Below are positions 27,436-38,188 of a stretch of DNA of 64,000 nucleotides, in pieces. Position 1 is the stretch's first letter, and each line of letters opens with the position of its first letter. The position numbers were made by a program, and so were the translations under genes. Source of the stretch: Candidatus Poribacteria bacterium (lineage in GTDB: Bacteria > Poribacteria > WGA-4E > WGA-3G). A model generated the notes under the pieces. That model was not told the origin of the DNA and did no database searches. It saw only the letters and a list, made by a program, of their open reading frames with translations. The stretch is from contig OZ240248.1 in the NCBI GenBank assembly GCA_965198235.1, forward strand, positions 4,992,001 through 5,056,000, in the 5' to 3' direction.

Positions 27436-29322
27436 GTGGTGTTTCCATTTCACCGCTGGGACGGTAGCAAGTGGTACGGAAACTTTCCTATTACACAGTC
27501 GTGTTGGTGGTGCTTGTCATGTGCTACCTTACCTTCTGGCAAGTTCCGAGCGCGTTCTGCCAAGAAAGTAGGTCCTGACGACATCACAGCACAGATTCGT
27601 GCTTATAAGGCGGAGCTGGCTGTTGATAGTGCTCAGGTTAAAACTCGACTGCAGCTCGCGAAAGTGTATCTCCAAATTGAGGCTTACACGGGAGCAGTTG
27701 ACGAGTATCATCGAGTCATAGCATTGATGGAAGCGAAGGCAGTTCCGGGAAGCGAAGAGATTGGGCACAACTCAGATATTTCCGCCGCCTACTACGGTTT
27801 GGGGTTGGCATATACCGGACTCGAAAAATTTGAAGACGCCGTAACTGCATATCAGCGTGCCATTGGGTTCGTTCCCGATTGGGCATATACACATGCAGCT
27901 TTGGCGAGTGCTTACGCGAACATGCACCGTTACGCCGAAGCACTCGACGCTTACAAAGTGGCGAACGCTTTGGACCCGAACGATGAGATGATTCATCATC
28001 AACTCGGGAATGTCTATAGCAAACGTGGCGAACGTTCAGCAGCGATGCAGCATCAGCAACGTGCGATTGCCATTTCACCGGAATTCGCGGCTGCGCACTA
28101 TCAGTTAGGGCTCCTCTACGCACAAGAAAAACGGTGGACTGACGCGATCGCGTCGTATCGGACCGCGTATGCACACGATGAGACGTTAGTTGAGGCACTC
28201 TATAATCTTGCACAGGCATCCCTTCGCGCTGGGAATGCATCGGCAGCGCGTGAGCAGATGGCACTCTTTGAGGAACGAAAAGCCGCCCTGATACCTCTGC
28301 ACCAGTTGCGAGGCGCGTTGCAGCGGACGCAAGATACAAGTGAACGCGCCCAGATTCTCACCAACATTGCGAGGCTTTATCTCAAAAACGGGTTTTACGA
28401 GAAAGCAGTCTGGGAGTACCAAAAAGCACTTGGGATGAACGCACAACTTGCACCTGCTCACAACGGCTTGGGTATCGCTTATACGATGCTTGAGAAATAC
28501 TCGGAAGCCGTTACTGCACAGCAGAAAGCGTTGGCACTCCAACCGAATTTCGCGAAGGCATACGCTGGACTCGGTTTAGTATATTTCAGGCAGAATAAGG
28601 CAGAATCCGCACTGGAACATTACCGACACGCAGTCGCTTTGGAGCCCCAATTTTTGGAGGCGAATCTGAAGATTGGAATAATTCTGCTGAATCAGAAGCG
28701 TTATGCGGAGGCAATTGATACGTATCTGGCAATCCTTGAAATTAAGCCCGACGATCCTGAGATATACCACAACTTGGGATTATGCTATGCGCATCAGGCG
28801 AAAGCTGCACGTGACACGCGCCGATCTCCTGAAGATTTGACGGTTTCTGCATTGGAGGCACTTGAAAAGGCGGTTGCGCTTTCGTTATCTGACACCGATA
28901 ATTCAAACGAGGCGGAGCAATTACCTATTCAGCCCCCGTTTTTGACGGAGACCTACTATCTCATCGGTGAACTTCAAGCGAGTCAAGGGGATTTTGATGC
29001 GGCGGAGACAGCTTACCTAACGTCCGGCTTGCCGAAGGCGTATCATGCCCTTGCACAGTTAAGGGCAAAGTTTGCAAAGAAAAATAAAGAAAACGGCAAA
29101 CGTGGTGTGGATTTAGAAACCGCTCGGCGTTATGTTCAGGAAGCTATCCGCTTGGATCCGAACGTCGCGAGTTATTACAATACGCTCGCCCTCATTGATT
29201 TTCGGCGCGGCGATCATTCACAGGCAGAGAAAGCGATCCGAAAAGCGTTGGAACTTGAACCGGAAAATCGAAACTATCAACAGGGGTTAAAACAGATTTC
29301 TGGTAAATTAATGGCTGATTAA
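27436..29322 (+). CDS. Tetratricopeptide repeat protein (start uncertain)
   Basis: Many 34-aa TPR repeats (AYYGLGLAY, AHYQLGLLY, AHNGLGIAY). Confidence 0.88.
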   Translation: MVFPFHRWDGSKWYGNFPITQSCWWCLSCATLPSGKFRARSAKKVGPDDITAQIRAYKAELAVDSAQVKTRLQLAKVYLQIEAYTGAVDEYHRVIALMEAKAVPGSEEIGHNSDISAAYYGLGLAYTGLEKFEDAVTAYQRAIGFVPDWAYTHAALASAYANMHRYAEALDAYKVANALDPNDEMIHHQLGNVYSKRGERSAAMQHQQRAIAISPEFAAAHYQLGLLYAQEKRWTDAIASYRTAYAHDETLVEALYNLAQASLRAGNASAAREQMALFEERKAALIPLHQLRGALQRTQDTSERAQILTNIARLYLKNGFYEKAVWEYQKALGMNAQLAPAHNGLGIAYTMLEKYSEAVTAQQKALALQPNFAKAYAGLGLVYFRQNKAESALEHYRHAVALEPQFLEANLKIGIILLNQKRYAEAIDTYLAILEIKPDDPEIYHNLGLCYAHQAKAARDTRRSPEDLTVSALEALEKAVALSLSDTDNSNEAEQLPIQPPFLTETYYLIGELQASQGDFDAAETAYLTSGLPKAYHALAQLRAKFAKKNKENGKRGVDLETARRYVQEAIRLDPNVASYYNTLALIDFRRGDHSQAEKAIRKALELEPENRNYQQGLKQISGKLMAD

Positions 29323-29407
29323 ACACACGACGTAGAGTGAAATTGACAGATTTTCTTGGTTACGAAAAAGCGCACTTATCTGAAAGTAGAAGATAGAAAG
29401 GATTCGC

Positions 29408-30853
29408 ATGGCATACGACAGTCTCGCAGAGTTTGTCAAAACCTTGGATCGAGCAGGCGAACTCAAACGGATTAAAACAATTGTATCACCGGACTTGGAA
29501 ATCGCTGAAATCACCGACCGGGTGAGTAAAGCAGAGGGTCCCGCGCTTCTCTTTGAAAAGGTTGAAGGCAGTCGAATGCCGCTCCTGATTAATACTTACG
29601 GCTCTTATCAGCGAATGGCGATGGCACTCGGTGTCGATGATCTCGGGCAGATTGCGGCGGAAATTGAGGGTATGATTAAATTGGGACCGCCGGATTCCCT
29701 TCTCGATAAAATAAAAATTCTCCGACTGCTATCGCAATTGACGAACTTCCCTCCCAAGACGGTGAAAAAAGGCGCGTGTCAAGAGGTCGTCCTTACCGGT
29801 GAGGAGGCATCCTTAGATATATTGCCGCTCATTAAATGCTGGCCCCTTGACGCAGATAAATACATCACCTTACCCCAGGTTTTCACGCATAGCCTTAAAA
29901 CGGGTCAACGTAACGTTGGTACATATCGTTTACAGAAAATAACGCCGCACGCTTTAGCGATGCATTGGCAAATTCACCACGATGGTGCCGCACATCATCG
30001 TGAATATCGGCAAGCGGTGCAACAGATGCCCGTCGCAATCGCACTCGGCGGAGATCCAGTGATGTCTTATATCGGCACAGCACCTCTTCCATCTGGGATT
30101 GATGAACTCCTATTCGCGGGGTTTCTCCGAAAATCGAATGTGCAGATGGTGCCTGCCAAGACGATTGATATGCTCGTGCCTGCAGATGCGGACATCGTGA
30201 TTGAAGGGTACATTGAGCCAAATGAAACCTGTATAGAAGGACCCTTCGGCGACCATACGGGATTTTATTCCTTGGCAGATGAGTACCCGCTCCTTCACAT
30301 CACGGCGATTACGCACCGTAAAAATCCCATCTATCAGACGATCATCGTCGGTAAACCGCCGATGGAGGATTGCTACATGGGTAAGGCGACTGAGCGGATC
30401 TTCATGCCGTTGATTAAAACGCAGCTGCCAGAACTCGTCGATATGAATCTACCTTTGTTTGGTGTATTTCACAATTTTGCCCTGATTTCTATTGACAAAC
30501 GCTACCCGTACCAGGCAAAGAAGATTATGCACAGCTTGTGGGGGCTTGGGCAGTTAATGTTTAGCAAAATTATCATCGTTGTTGATAAAGAGGTTAACGT
30601 TCAGAATGTCGAAGAGGTGCTTTTTTATGTCGGCAGCAATGTCGATCCAAAAAGGGATGTGACGATTGTCGAGGGACCTGTCGATGTGCTGGATCACGCC
30701 GCACCACTTATGGGTGCGGGATCGAAGATGGGCATTGATGCAACAACGAAATGGGCGGAGGAAGGGTATCAACGCGAGTGGCCTCAGGAGATACTAATGT
30801 CTGACGAGGTGATTGCGTTGGTCGATGAAAAGTGGAAAAAATACGGTTTTTAA
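29408..30853 (+). CDS. UbiD-family decarboxylase (menaquinone futalosine-pathway type)
   Basis: GPALLFE, NVGTYR, EGPFGDHTGFYS, KMGIDAT. Confidence 0.9.
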   Translation: MAYDSLAEFVKTLDRAGELKRIKTIVSPDLEIAEITDRVSKAEGPALLFEKVEGSRMPLLINTYGSYQRMAMALGVDDLGQIAAEIEGMIKLGPPDSLLDKIKILRLLSQLTNFPPKTVKKGACQEVVLTGEEASLDILPLIKCWPLDADKYITLPQVFTHSLKTGQRNVGTYRLQKITPHALAMHWQIHHDGAAHHREYRQAVQQMPVAIALGGDPVMSYIGTAPLPSGIDELLFAGFLRKSNVQMVPAKTIDMLVPADADIVIEGYIEPNETCIEGPFGDHTGFYSLADEYPLLHITAITHRKNPIYQTIIVGKPPMEDCYMGKATERIFMPLIKTQLPELVDMNLPLFGVFHNFALISIDKRYPYQAKKIMHSLWGLGQLMFSKIIIVVDKEVNVQNVEEVLFYVGSNVDPKRDVTIVEGPVDVLDHAAPLMGAGSKMGIDATTKWAEEGYQREWPQEILMSDEVIALVDEKWKKYGF

Positions 30854-31057
30854 TTTATTGCTTCTGGGCCGCTCTCCATTACATTACGAGCGGGTTTCTG
30901 GTTAAATCTATACTGGATTTGGGAATTTTGACGTTCCTTCGAGAAAACATGAAACCCTTAGCCTGCAACAACGGCGCGGGCGGATTTGAGAAACATGCGC
31001 AATGGACATAACGATCATTGTTTAACCGCAAGGAAAATTAAAAAAAGGAGTAAAGCC

Positions 31058-32128
31058 ATGGGAGAAACGATTTACGATGTTGCGGTGATTGGCGCGGGAC
31101 CCGCTGGCGCGCAAGCGGCGGTTTCAGCGAGCCATCAAATGCGGCATGTTTTGGTGCTGCACTCAGGAAAGGTAAGTTTTAGTCGGGGTCGCGCTTACTG
31201 GTCAAAGTCCGTAGAGATTGAAGATGCTCCGGTCTTTCCCGGTATTATTGGACCTCACTTTGCGAAGGAACTCATGAAATGGATGGAGAGCCGACCTGTC
31301 CTCGATTTCATGCTGGGTTCGGAGAAACGCAAGACTGGTATTGATATACGCGATGGAATGGTCACGAAACTCACACGGAACGGCGACCTATTTGAAGTCG
31401 AAGCATCCGCAAAAACGCTGAAACAAAATACACCTCCGGAGATGGCATCTTTTAAATCTCGCACCGTCGTTGTTGCCGCTGGATTTGATGATAAGTGGCC
31501 CGATATTGAGTTTGAACCGGATGCTGAGCGTTTATATAAACAGTATGTTACGGTATTTCGCTATGCAGGCAACCGAAAAGGGTGGCACGTCTGTATCCGT
31601 TGTGATGGACATCTGCATGTCAACGAGCATCTTGCGCTCCTCGGTGTTGGGGACTACATCTACGAGGCAGCGATTGGGGCACAGGATTTTACAGATAAAA
31701 TTACAATTCTAACAAACGGCAGACCGCATGGTATGTCACCACCTGTGTTGGAGCAGGTAAAGGCACGTAAAATTAATATCATTGAAACAAAGATTAAACG
31801 GCATATTGGTGAAAAAACGAATCTCTTGGGATTTGAGATGGTTGATGGGAGCGAATTGTTTTTCCACGGTTTCCTCGTTGATGAAGGACTCATCCCGAAC
31901 ACAAAGTTTCTCGAGGGGTGGGATTATCAGAGAGATGAGGAAGGCTTAATTGTCGCAAACGAGGATATGCAGATGTTGGATAGCAATGGGGAGCCGATTC
32001 CTGGACTCTTTGCCGCAGGCGACATCATATCTGGCGAGCGAAACTTGATCGCGACTGCGTTCGCACTCGGACAGGAGGCGGGCTTGTCAGCATCAGACTC
32101 CTTGCGTCAATGGAATTTCCCAGATTAG
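31058..32128 (+). CDS. Thioredoxin reductase-like NAD(P)/FAD oxidoreductase
   Basis: IGAGPAG, CIRCDG (CxxC), GLFAAGD; AAGGAG RBS. Confidence 0.82.
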   Translation: MGETIYDVAVIGAGPAGAQAAVSASHQMRHVLVLHSGKVSFSRGRAYWSKSVEIEDAPVFPGIIGPHFAKELMKWMESRPVLDFMLGSEKRKTGIDIRDGMVTKLTRNGDLFEVEASAKTLKQNTPPEMASFKSRTVVVAAGFDDKWPDIEFEPDAERLYKQYVTVFRYAGNRKGWHVCIRCDGHLHVNEHLALLGVGDYIYEAAIGAQDFTDKITILTNGRPHGMSPPVLEQVKARKINIIETKIKRHIGEKTNLLGFEMVDGSELFFHGFLVDEGLIPNTKFLEGWDYQRDEEGLIVANEDMQMLDSNGEPIPGLFAAGDIISGERNLIATAFALGQEAGLSASDSLRQWNFPD

Positions 32129-32146
32129 GAGGCAGGCACAGGAATA

Positions 32147-35026
32147 ATGCAAAACGAGCAAAAAGATACTGTCTATATTATTGATACGCACGCCGAAATA
32201 TTTCGGGCGTATTACGCGATTCGTAGCGGATTGACGAGCAGCATCACCGGCGAGGCGACACATGCTGTGTTCGGGTTCGCTGGCACGCTTATTAGGATCT
32301 TGACGCAACTTCAGGCAAAATATATTGTCGCTGCGATTGATACACCGGGTAACACGTTTCGCAATGAACTTTATTCGGAATACAAGGCGAATCGCTCTCC
32401 AGCACCTGATGATCTGGTGACACAGATTCATCGCATTCTGGAGCTGCTTGAGGCATTTGGTATCTTGACGCTCGGTAGACCTGAATTGGAAGCGGATGAC
32501 ATCATCGCCTCTGTCACTCAGGCAATACTTGACGATCCGCAGGCATCTGATGTTGATGTCTCTATTATTTCTAAAGACAAAGACCTTGAACAGTTGCTCG
32601 GCGATCGGGTCACAATGCTTGATCTCCATAATGATAAGATTATCGATGTTCGGTCGCTGTGGGAAACGAAAGGCATAAAACCTTCCCAGGTTGTTGATAC
32701 CCTCGCCTTGATGGGAGATACTTCGGACAATGTACCGGGTGTTGAGAAAATCGGCTTGAAAACAGCGGCACAATTGATTCAGCAGTACGGTTCCGTTGAG
32801 GGTATTTTTCAGAACATCAATGAAATTAAAGGGAAGCGTCGCGAAAATTTGGAGAAGGCGCGTTCACAACTCGACCTTTCACGAGAACTTGTAACCTTGA
32901 AGCGATATGCGGCTTTGGACTTCTCCATAGAGCAAGCACGGGTCAAACCACTTGATCTCCAGAAGATCCTCCCACTGTTCCAACAGTTAGAACTCAAGCG
33001 TTATGAGCAAGTTGTGACGGAGCTTGCGGGTGGAAAGTCTGCGTCCGCTGCTGCGCCTACGCCTGCAACGCGCAAGGAACGGGTTGCGGAGTTAGCACAG
33101 AAAACGGATGCCATTTTGGACAAAGGCGACTACGGGACCGCTGAAACAGGGGACTATTCGGCGATCGTTACCCTCGACCAACTGAAAGATCTCGTTGACA
33201 CCCTATCCGCACAGGAGATTATTAGTTTTGATACTGAAACGGATGGCTTGGAACGTGAGGCGATGCTGTGTGGGTTAAGTTTCTCATGGAAACCGAAGCA
33301 CGGCGTTTACGTGCCGGTTCGCTCGCCTCAACCTGAAGATCATTTAGATACCGATACCGTGCTTTCGGCACTTAAGCCGATTTTGGAGAACCCCGCGCTA
33401 TCAAAATGTGGGCATAATCTGAAGTTTGATGCCGGCATTCTTATCAGGAACGGTGTTAAACTCCAAGGGGCTGTTTTCGATACGCTGCTCGCAAGTCAGT
33501 TAGTTGACGCGCGGACACCCTCCCACAACCTTGATACGTTGGCGTTGCTCCATTTAGAGCACAAGATGATCTCTTTTGAGGAACTAACAGCAGATCCGGG
33601 CGATGCGACGTCTGCTGACGAAGTGACGAATTTAGGTGGACTGTTTGAGGTGGAGGCAGGACAGCAGAAAACAATTGATGAAGTGCCATTGGAACAAGCC
33701 GCAATTTACGCCGCAGAGGATGCTGACATTACCCTCCGACTCTATTATTTCCTTACGCCAAAACTTGATGGGATGGGCATCACGGCATTAGCGCGTGATA
33801 TAGAGTCACCGCTCGCACCTATTCTCGCTGAAATGGAATATAACGGTATCGTTTGCGATAAGGAGGAACTCAGACGCCAAAGCAGTGTGATTAGCGAACT
33901 CGTTGATGCCCGGCAAAAGGAGATTCACGGAATCGTCGGATATCCGTGTAATATTGATTCACCGAGACAACTCGCGCAAGTGCTGTTTGATGAACTCGGT
34001 TTCAAACCCGTGAAACGGACGCGAGGCGGCAAGATTTCCACAGATGTGACTGTGTTAGAGGCACTCTCTCTGAGAGAGGATATCAACGATCCGAAGACCA
34101 GCGTTCCACGTTTAATAATTGAGTACCGCCAATTCCGTAAGTTACAGAGTACTTATCTCGCTCAACTCCAGAATGCTGTTGACCCAAAAACAGAGCGTAT
34201 CCACACACATCTTTATCAGTTAACAACAGCCACAGGGCGTTTGAAGTCCGACCACCCCAATCTACAGAACATTCCTGTCCGAACCGAGATTGGAAGGCAA
34301 TTGCGACGTGCGTTCAAAGCACCCGATGGGCATCAGTTAATCTGTGCAGATTATTCACAGATTGAGCTTCGCATTCTCGCACACTTTAGCGAAGATGAAA
34401 GTTTAATCGAGACATTCACCCAAGATTTGGATATCCATACAGCAGTTGCTTCGCAAGTGTTTGAGGTCCCGGCTGCCTCGGTTACGCGTGAACTTCGTGA
34501 TAAGGCGAAAACTATCAATTTTGGTATCATTTACGGGGTTTCGCCAACAGGTCTCTCACGTCGGATTAAAGGGATGCGTGTAAAGGAAGCGGCTGCGCTT
34601 ATTGATGATTATAAAACGCGTTTTCCGGGGATAGATCGGTTTCTGCAGCAGTGTGTCCAGCAGGCATCGGATCACGGGTATGTTAGCACGCTCACCGGCA
34701 GGCGACGAGCAATTCCTGAAATCTATGCCACTAACCGTAGTCGGCGAAGCCTTGGCGAACGGTTGGCAATCAATACGGTAGTGCAAGGTTCTGCTGCAGA
34801 TTTAATGAAGGCGGCGATGGTCCAGGTGCAGCGTCGTATTGATAAGGATAGACTTCCCTTGAAAATGCTTCTACAGATTCATGATGAGTTAGTGCTTGAA
34901 ACGCCAGAGGCACTCGCGGCGGCGCATGCCGCAATCGTCTGTGAAGAGATGGAGAATGCGATGTCGCTTCGGGTACCGCTTCGGACAGCAGCAGGAATCG
35001 GAGATAATTGGATGATCGCGAAGTGA
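32147..35026 (+). CDS. polA: DNA polymerase I
   Basis: 5'-3' exonuclease (EADD, GDTSDNVPGV), 3'-5' exonuclease (FDTET, HNLKFD, YAAEDAD), polymerase motifs DYSQIELR, KTINFGIIYG, QIHDEL. Confidence 0.97.
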   Translation: MQNEQKDTVYIIDTHAEIFRAYYAIRSGLTSSITGEATHAVFGFAGTLIRILTQLQAKYIVAAIDTPGNTFRNELYSEYKANRSPAPDDLVTQIHRILELLEAFGILTLGRPELEADDIIASVTQAILDDPQASDVDVSIISKDKDLEQLLGDRVTMLDLHNDKIIDVRSLWETKGIKPSQVVDTLALMGDTSDNVPGVEKIGLKTAAQLIQQYGSVEGIFQNINEIKGKRRENLEKARSQLDLSRELVTLKRYAALDFSIEQARVKPLDLQKILPLFQQLELKRYEQVVTELAGGKSASAAAPTPATRKERVAELAQKTDAILDKGDYGTAETGDYSAIVTLDQLKDLVDTLSAQEIISFDTETDGLEREAMLCGLSFSWKPKHGVYVPVRSPQPEDHLDTDTVLSALKPILENPALSKCGHNLKFDAGILIRNGVKLQGAVFDTLLASQLVDARTPSHNLDTLALLHLEHKMISFEELTADPGDATSADEVTNLGGLFEVEAGQQKTIDEVPLEQAAIYAAEDADITLRLYYFLTPKLDGMGITALARDIESPLAPILAEMEYNGIVCDKEELRRQSSVISELVDARQKEIHGIVGYPCNIDSPRQLAQVLFDELGFKPVKRTRGGKISTDVTVLEALSLREDINDPKTSVPRLIIEYRQFRKLQSTYLAQLQNAVDPKTERIHTHLYQLTTATGRLKSDHPNLQNIPVRTEIGRQLRRAFKAPDGHQLICADYSQIELRILAHFSEDESLIETFTQDLDIHTAVASQVFEVPAASVTRELRDKAKTINFGIIYGVSPTGLSRRIKGMRVKEAAALIDDYKTRFPGIDRFLQQCVQQASDHGYVSTLTGRRRAIPEIYATNRSRRSLGERLAINTVVQGSAADLMKAAMVQVQRRIDKDRLPLKMLLQIHDELVLETPEALAAAHAAIVCEEMENAMSLRVPLRTAAGIGDNWMIAK

Positions 35027-35030
35027 TAGT

Positions 35031-35054
35031 CCCCCGAATGAATTCAGGGGTTTT
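35031..35054 (+). terminator. Rho-independent terminator after polA
   Basis: CCCCCGAATGAATTCAGGGG hairpin followed by TTTT. Confidence 0.55.
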
Positions 35055-35097
35055 GTATCAGAAAAGCAATAAAATTATTCAACAGATAAAATTAATA

Positions 35098-35126
35098 TTG
35101 ACAAGTGATATAAAATGTGATATAAT
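35098..35126 (+). promoter_or_regulatory. Consensus sigma70 promoter with extended -10
   Basis: TTGACA-N17-TATAAT with TGn. Confidence 0.8.
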
Positions 35127-35490
35127 TTAGTGTAAATTTGTTTAAGGGAAATGTGGATAGTGTCCGCTGGCAAAGTTACGAGTAGTGTTTTGACAGTGTT
35201 ACGGTTTGGAACCGAAACATGCTCATTGTAAGTGTGACAAGGCTTCCAACAAGAGATTGATGAGAGTTAATTTTTGCCAATCTTTGCATTATGGGCATTG
35301 CGTGCAATGTCCGGCTACGCTTGCTGCCAAATTTCTGCCTTTGAAAATGCTGACAGTGCTCAGTTTTCTCATTTTCCCGTATTTCTATTCCCTATTCTGG
35401 TTTTTTGAGAGAGATCGGTTCGCGTGAATGTATCGGTTGTCTTCGTGATGCTGGGTTAGGGTACATATAATTTCTAAAAGGAGAAACGAG

Positions 35491-35781
35491 ATGAATATCT
35501 ACGTTGGCAACGTGCCTTATGCGGCCACGGAAACCGACCTCGAAGAGCTCTTCGGTGAGTATGGTCCGGTTGCTACTGCTACGATTATCCGTGACCGGTA
35601 CGATGGTCGCTCCAAAGGGTTTGGCTTCGTTGAGATGGAAAACCAAGAGGATGGCGAGCGAGCGATAGAAGCGTTGGATGGCCAAGAGATGATGGGACGT
35701 CCGTTGAAAGTCAACCCCGCACGCCCTCGCGAGCAACGCCGCGAGCCCCGTCGGTATGACGACGCGGACAGGAATATGTAG
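35491..35781 (+). CDS. RRM (RNP) RNA-binding protein
   Basis: RNP2 IYVGNV, RNP1 KGFGFVEM. Confidence 0.93.
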   Translation: MNIYVGNVPYAATETDLEELFGEYGPVATATIIRDRYDGRSKGFGFVEMENQEDGERAIEALDGQEMMGRPLKVNPARPREQRREPRRYDDADRNM

Positions 35782-36028
35782 TCTGTTTCGTAACAATTTC
35801 AATGCAGCTCCGATTGTATAAACAGTTGGAGTTGGATTGGGAAAGTGTCGCGATGGGATGGAAACTATTATTTTGCGTCCTGCCGCGCTGATAAATTTTG
35901 CCCCGGTTTTGGATTTGTTTTCTCTAAACGAGTCTTGAACCGGGGTTTATCCGTTTAATATTGACATAGGACGGGTTGGGATACAGCGATGAGTGCCGCT
36001 CCGTCAGCCCGTCCTGCGCTAAAATTGC

Positions 36029-36799
36029 TTAGTATTCTTTCCGCTTGAGGATGCCCCAAGTTACTGCGATTTTCCCTGCGGGTTCTACCGCAACCCCTAA
36101 GGCAGTCAAACCGTTATTCATAATATCAGCAATATCGGCATCAGTCAAAGGCGAGTGGAAGAGACCGACTTCGTCCATTGCCCCTACGAACCAATTGCCA
36201 TTCGGATCCCAAACGCCACACCCGCCGATATTCACGTTGAAATCGGATCTGCCGTGATTGGACCACTTCCCGTTTTTTGTGGTAGGATTGCCATCGATGT
36301 AAACCTTCGTGAATTCTTGGGAAGCCACAGCGGCAACATGGTGCCACTCACCCGGTGGATGCTCGTATGGATTATTATTAATACCGGCTGAGGGGGTCCA
36401 TAGCGAAACGGTACCAGGGTCAATAAAACCGAATTCCGGTGAATCGTTCTGCCCAATTAATCCGATGCGATTCTCGGTGATAGTTCCCGGTTTTATCCAC
36501 GCAACAACCGTGAATTCCTTCTTGCCGTTAAGAAGTTTTTTGTTTGTGTTGACACAGCTGCCATCAAATGCTAAAGCACTACCGAATCGTCCATCCACCC
36601 AAATGGGTGCGTTAACAATCGTTCCATGGTTATTGTTTCCTGAGGAGTCCATCGCTGTGCTTCCGCCCGCTTCGTCGAACAGCCAAAGACCGACAACACT
36701 GCTCGGGTCAATTTCGGCACTACTACTGTTCACGGTAACGAGACTGATCGCCATCAGCCCTAAACTAAACAGGATAAATGTTAAAGCGTTAAATTTCAT
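36029..36799 (-). CDS. Secreted LamG-like protein with TWG tail
   Basis: VGLWLFDE, WHHVAAV, GAMDEVGLF; tail AVEPAGKIAVTWGILK. Confidence 0.85.
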   Translation of the reverse strand: MKFNALTFILFSLGLMAISLVTVNSSSAEIDPSSVVGLWLFDEAGGSTAMDSSGNNNHGTIVNAPIWVDGRFGSALAFDGSCVNTNKKLLNGKKEFTVVAWIKPGTITENRIGLIGQNDSPEFGFIDPGTVSLWTPSAGINNNPYEHPPGEWHHVAAVASQEFTKVYIDGNPTTKNGKWSNHGRSDFNVNIGGCGVWDPNGNWFVGAMDEVGLFHSPLTDADIADIMNNGLTALGVAVEPAGKIAVTWGILKRKEY

Positions 36800-37119
36800 T
36801 TGAATCCTCTCACTTTCTTTAGAGATTTGCCGCGCTGCAACGCGGACTGTTTCGTGGCACTACTCCACTGTCTGTCAAACTATCGGCGCATGTTGATCGC
36901 CTGATGTTCCGCGCAAGGTTAGAAATAGGCATTAAATATATTTTGACATATTTTGCATTAAAATGCAAGTTTTTTTTCTGAACACGCTATTTTACCATTG
37001 TAGCAGACATGCACAATAATTATCAAACGAAATTAATTCAATTGTTTTCAGTTCGCTATGGGATACTTTAGTAAACGAGCGAATCGAGATTATAGACTTT
37101 ACCTATAAGCAGTTTTGTT

Positions 37120-38124
37120 TCACTGAATTTCCACGCTCACGCCAACGGCTTTGCGAACCTTCGCCAGAATTGGTATCGCGATATCTCGTGCTTTTTCCGC
37201 CCCCTTTTCGAGTATTTTATCCAACTCATCAGGACTGTCCATTAACGCATTATACCGATCGCGTTGCTCGGAAAAGGTAGCCTCCAGCAACTCAAACAGT
37301 TCCTGTTTCATTGCACCGTAGGCGAGTCCGCCCTCAAGATAGAGTTGTCGCTTCTCAGCGACGGCATCCACATCCGCGAGATGACGATAGATCGCAAAGA
37401 TGCTACATTCGTCTGGGTCTTTGGGATCTTCTGGACGCTTGGAATCGGTTACAATGCGCCTGACAGGTTTGCGCACTTGGTTAGAAGGTGCGAAGATCGG
37501 GATGACGTTGTTATAACTTTTACTCATCTTTCTGCCGTCGATTCCGGGGATAGTCATCACCTCTTCCCGAATTACGGCTTCCGGAATCGTCAAAACGTCG
37601 CCATAATTTTTGTTGAAAGTCAAGGCAACATCGCGTGTAATTTCGAGGTGTTGCTGCTGGTCAAGCCCGACTGGCACAATGTGTGTCCCGAAAAGGAGAA
37701 TGTCCGCTGCCATCAAAACCGGATAGGTGAAGAGTCCTGCATTAATGTTCTTATCCTCTTCACGTCCGGCTGCAATGTTGTCGTCAACGATCGCTTTGTA
37801 GGCGTGTGCGCGGTTGAGCAAGCCCTTCGTTGTGAAACACGCCAACACCCACGCCAACTCGAATACCTCCGGAACATCCGATTGACGGTAGAAAATCACC
37901 TCATCTGGGTTTAACCCCAATGCCAACCACGTCGCAGTTGCTTGGTGGGTTAAATGCACTAACTGTTTCTTGTCCTTTACGGTGGTGAGCGCGTGGTAAT
38001 CTGCGATAAAGTAAAGTGCTTGATATCTTTCCGCGAGTTCCAGTGCTGGTTTGATCATACCGAGGTAGTTCCCAATGTGCGGCTGTCCTGTTGGTTTGAT
38101 TCCAGTTAATGTAATCTGTTTCAA
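37120..38124 (-). CDS. trpS: Tryptophan--tRNA ligase
   Basis: TGIKPTGQPHIGNY (HIGH), YPVLMAADIL, KMSKS. Confidence 0.95.
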   Translation of the reverse strand: MKQITLTGIKPTGQPHIGNYLGMIKPALELAERYQALYFIADYHALTTVKDKKQLVHLTHQATATWLALGLNPDEVIFYRQSDVPEVFELAWVLACFTTKGLLNRAHAYKAIVDDNIAAGREEDKNINAGLFTYPVLMAADILLFGTHIVPVGLDQQQHLEITRDVALTFNKNYGDVLTIPEAVIREEVMTIPGIDGRKMSKSYNNVIPIFAPSNQVRKPVRRIVTDSKRPEDPKDPDECSIFAIYRHLADVDAVAEKRQLYLEGGLAYGAMKQELFELLEATFSEQRDRYNALMDSPDELDKILEKGAEKARDIAIPILAKVRKAVGVSVEIQ

Positions 38125-38188
38125 TTCTCTGCCATCCTCCTTTATGGATATAATTTTATTTTATTATAACCCGCTTGGGCTTATATAT

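Noticed and set aside
36800-36930. Riboswitch in the leader of the LamG gene
   Set aside because: GC-rich hairpins are present but match no aptamer consensus I can recognise.
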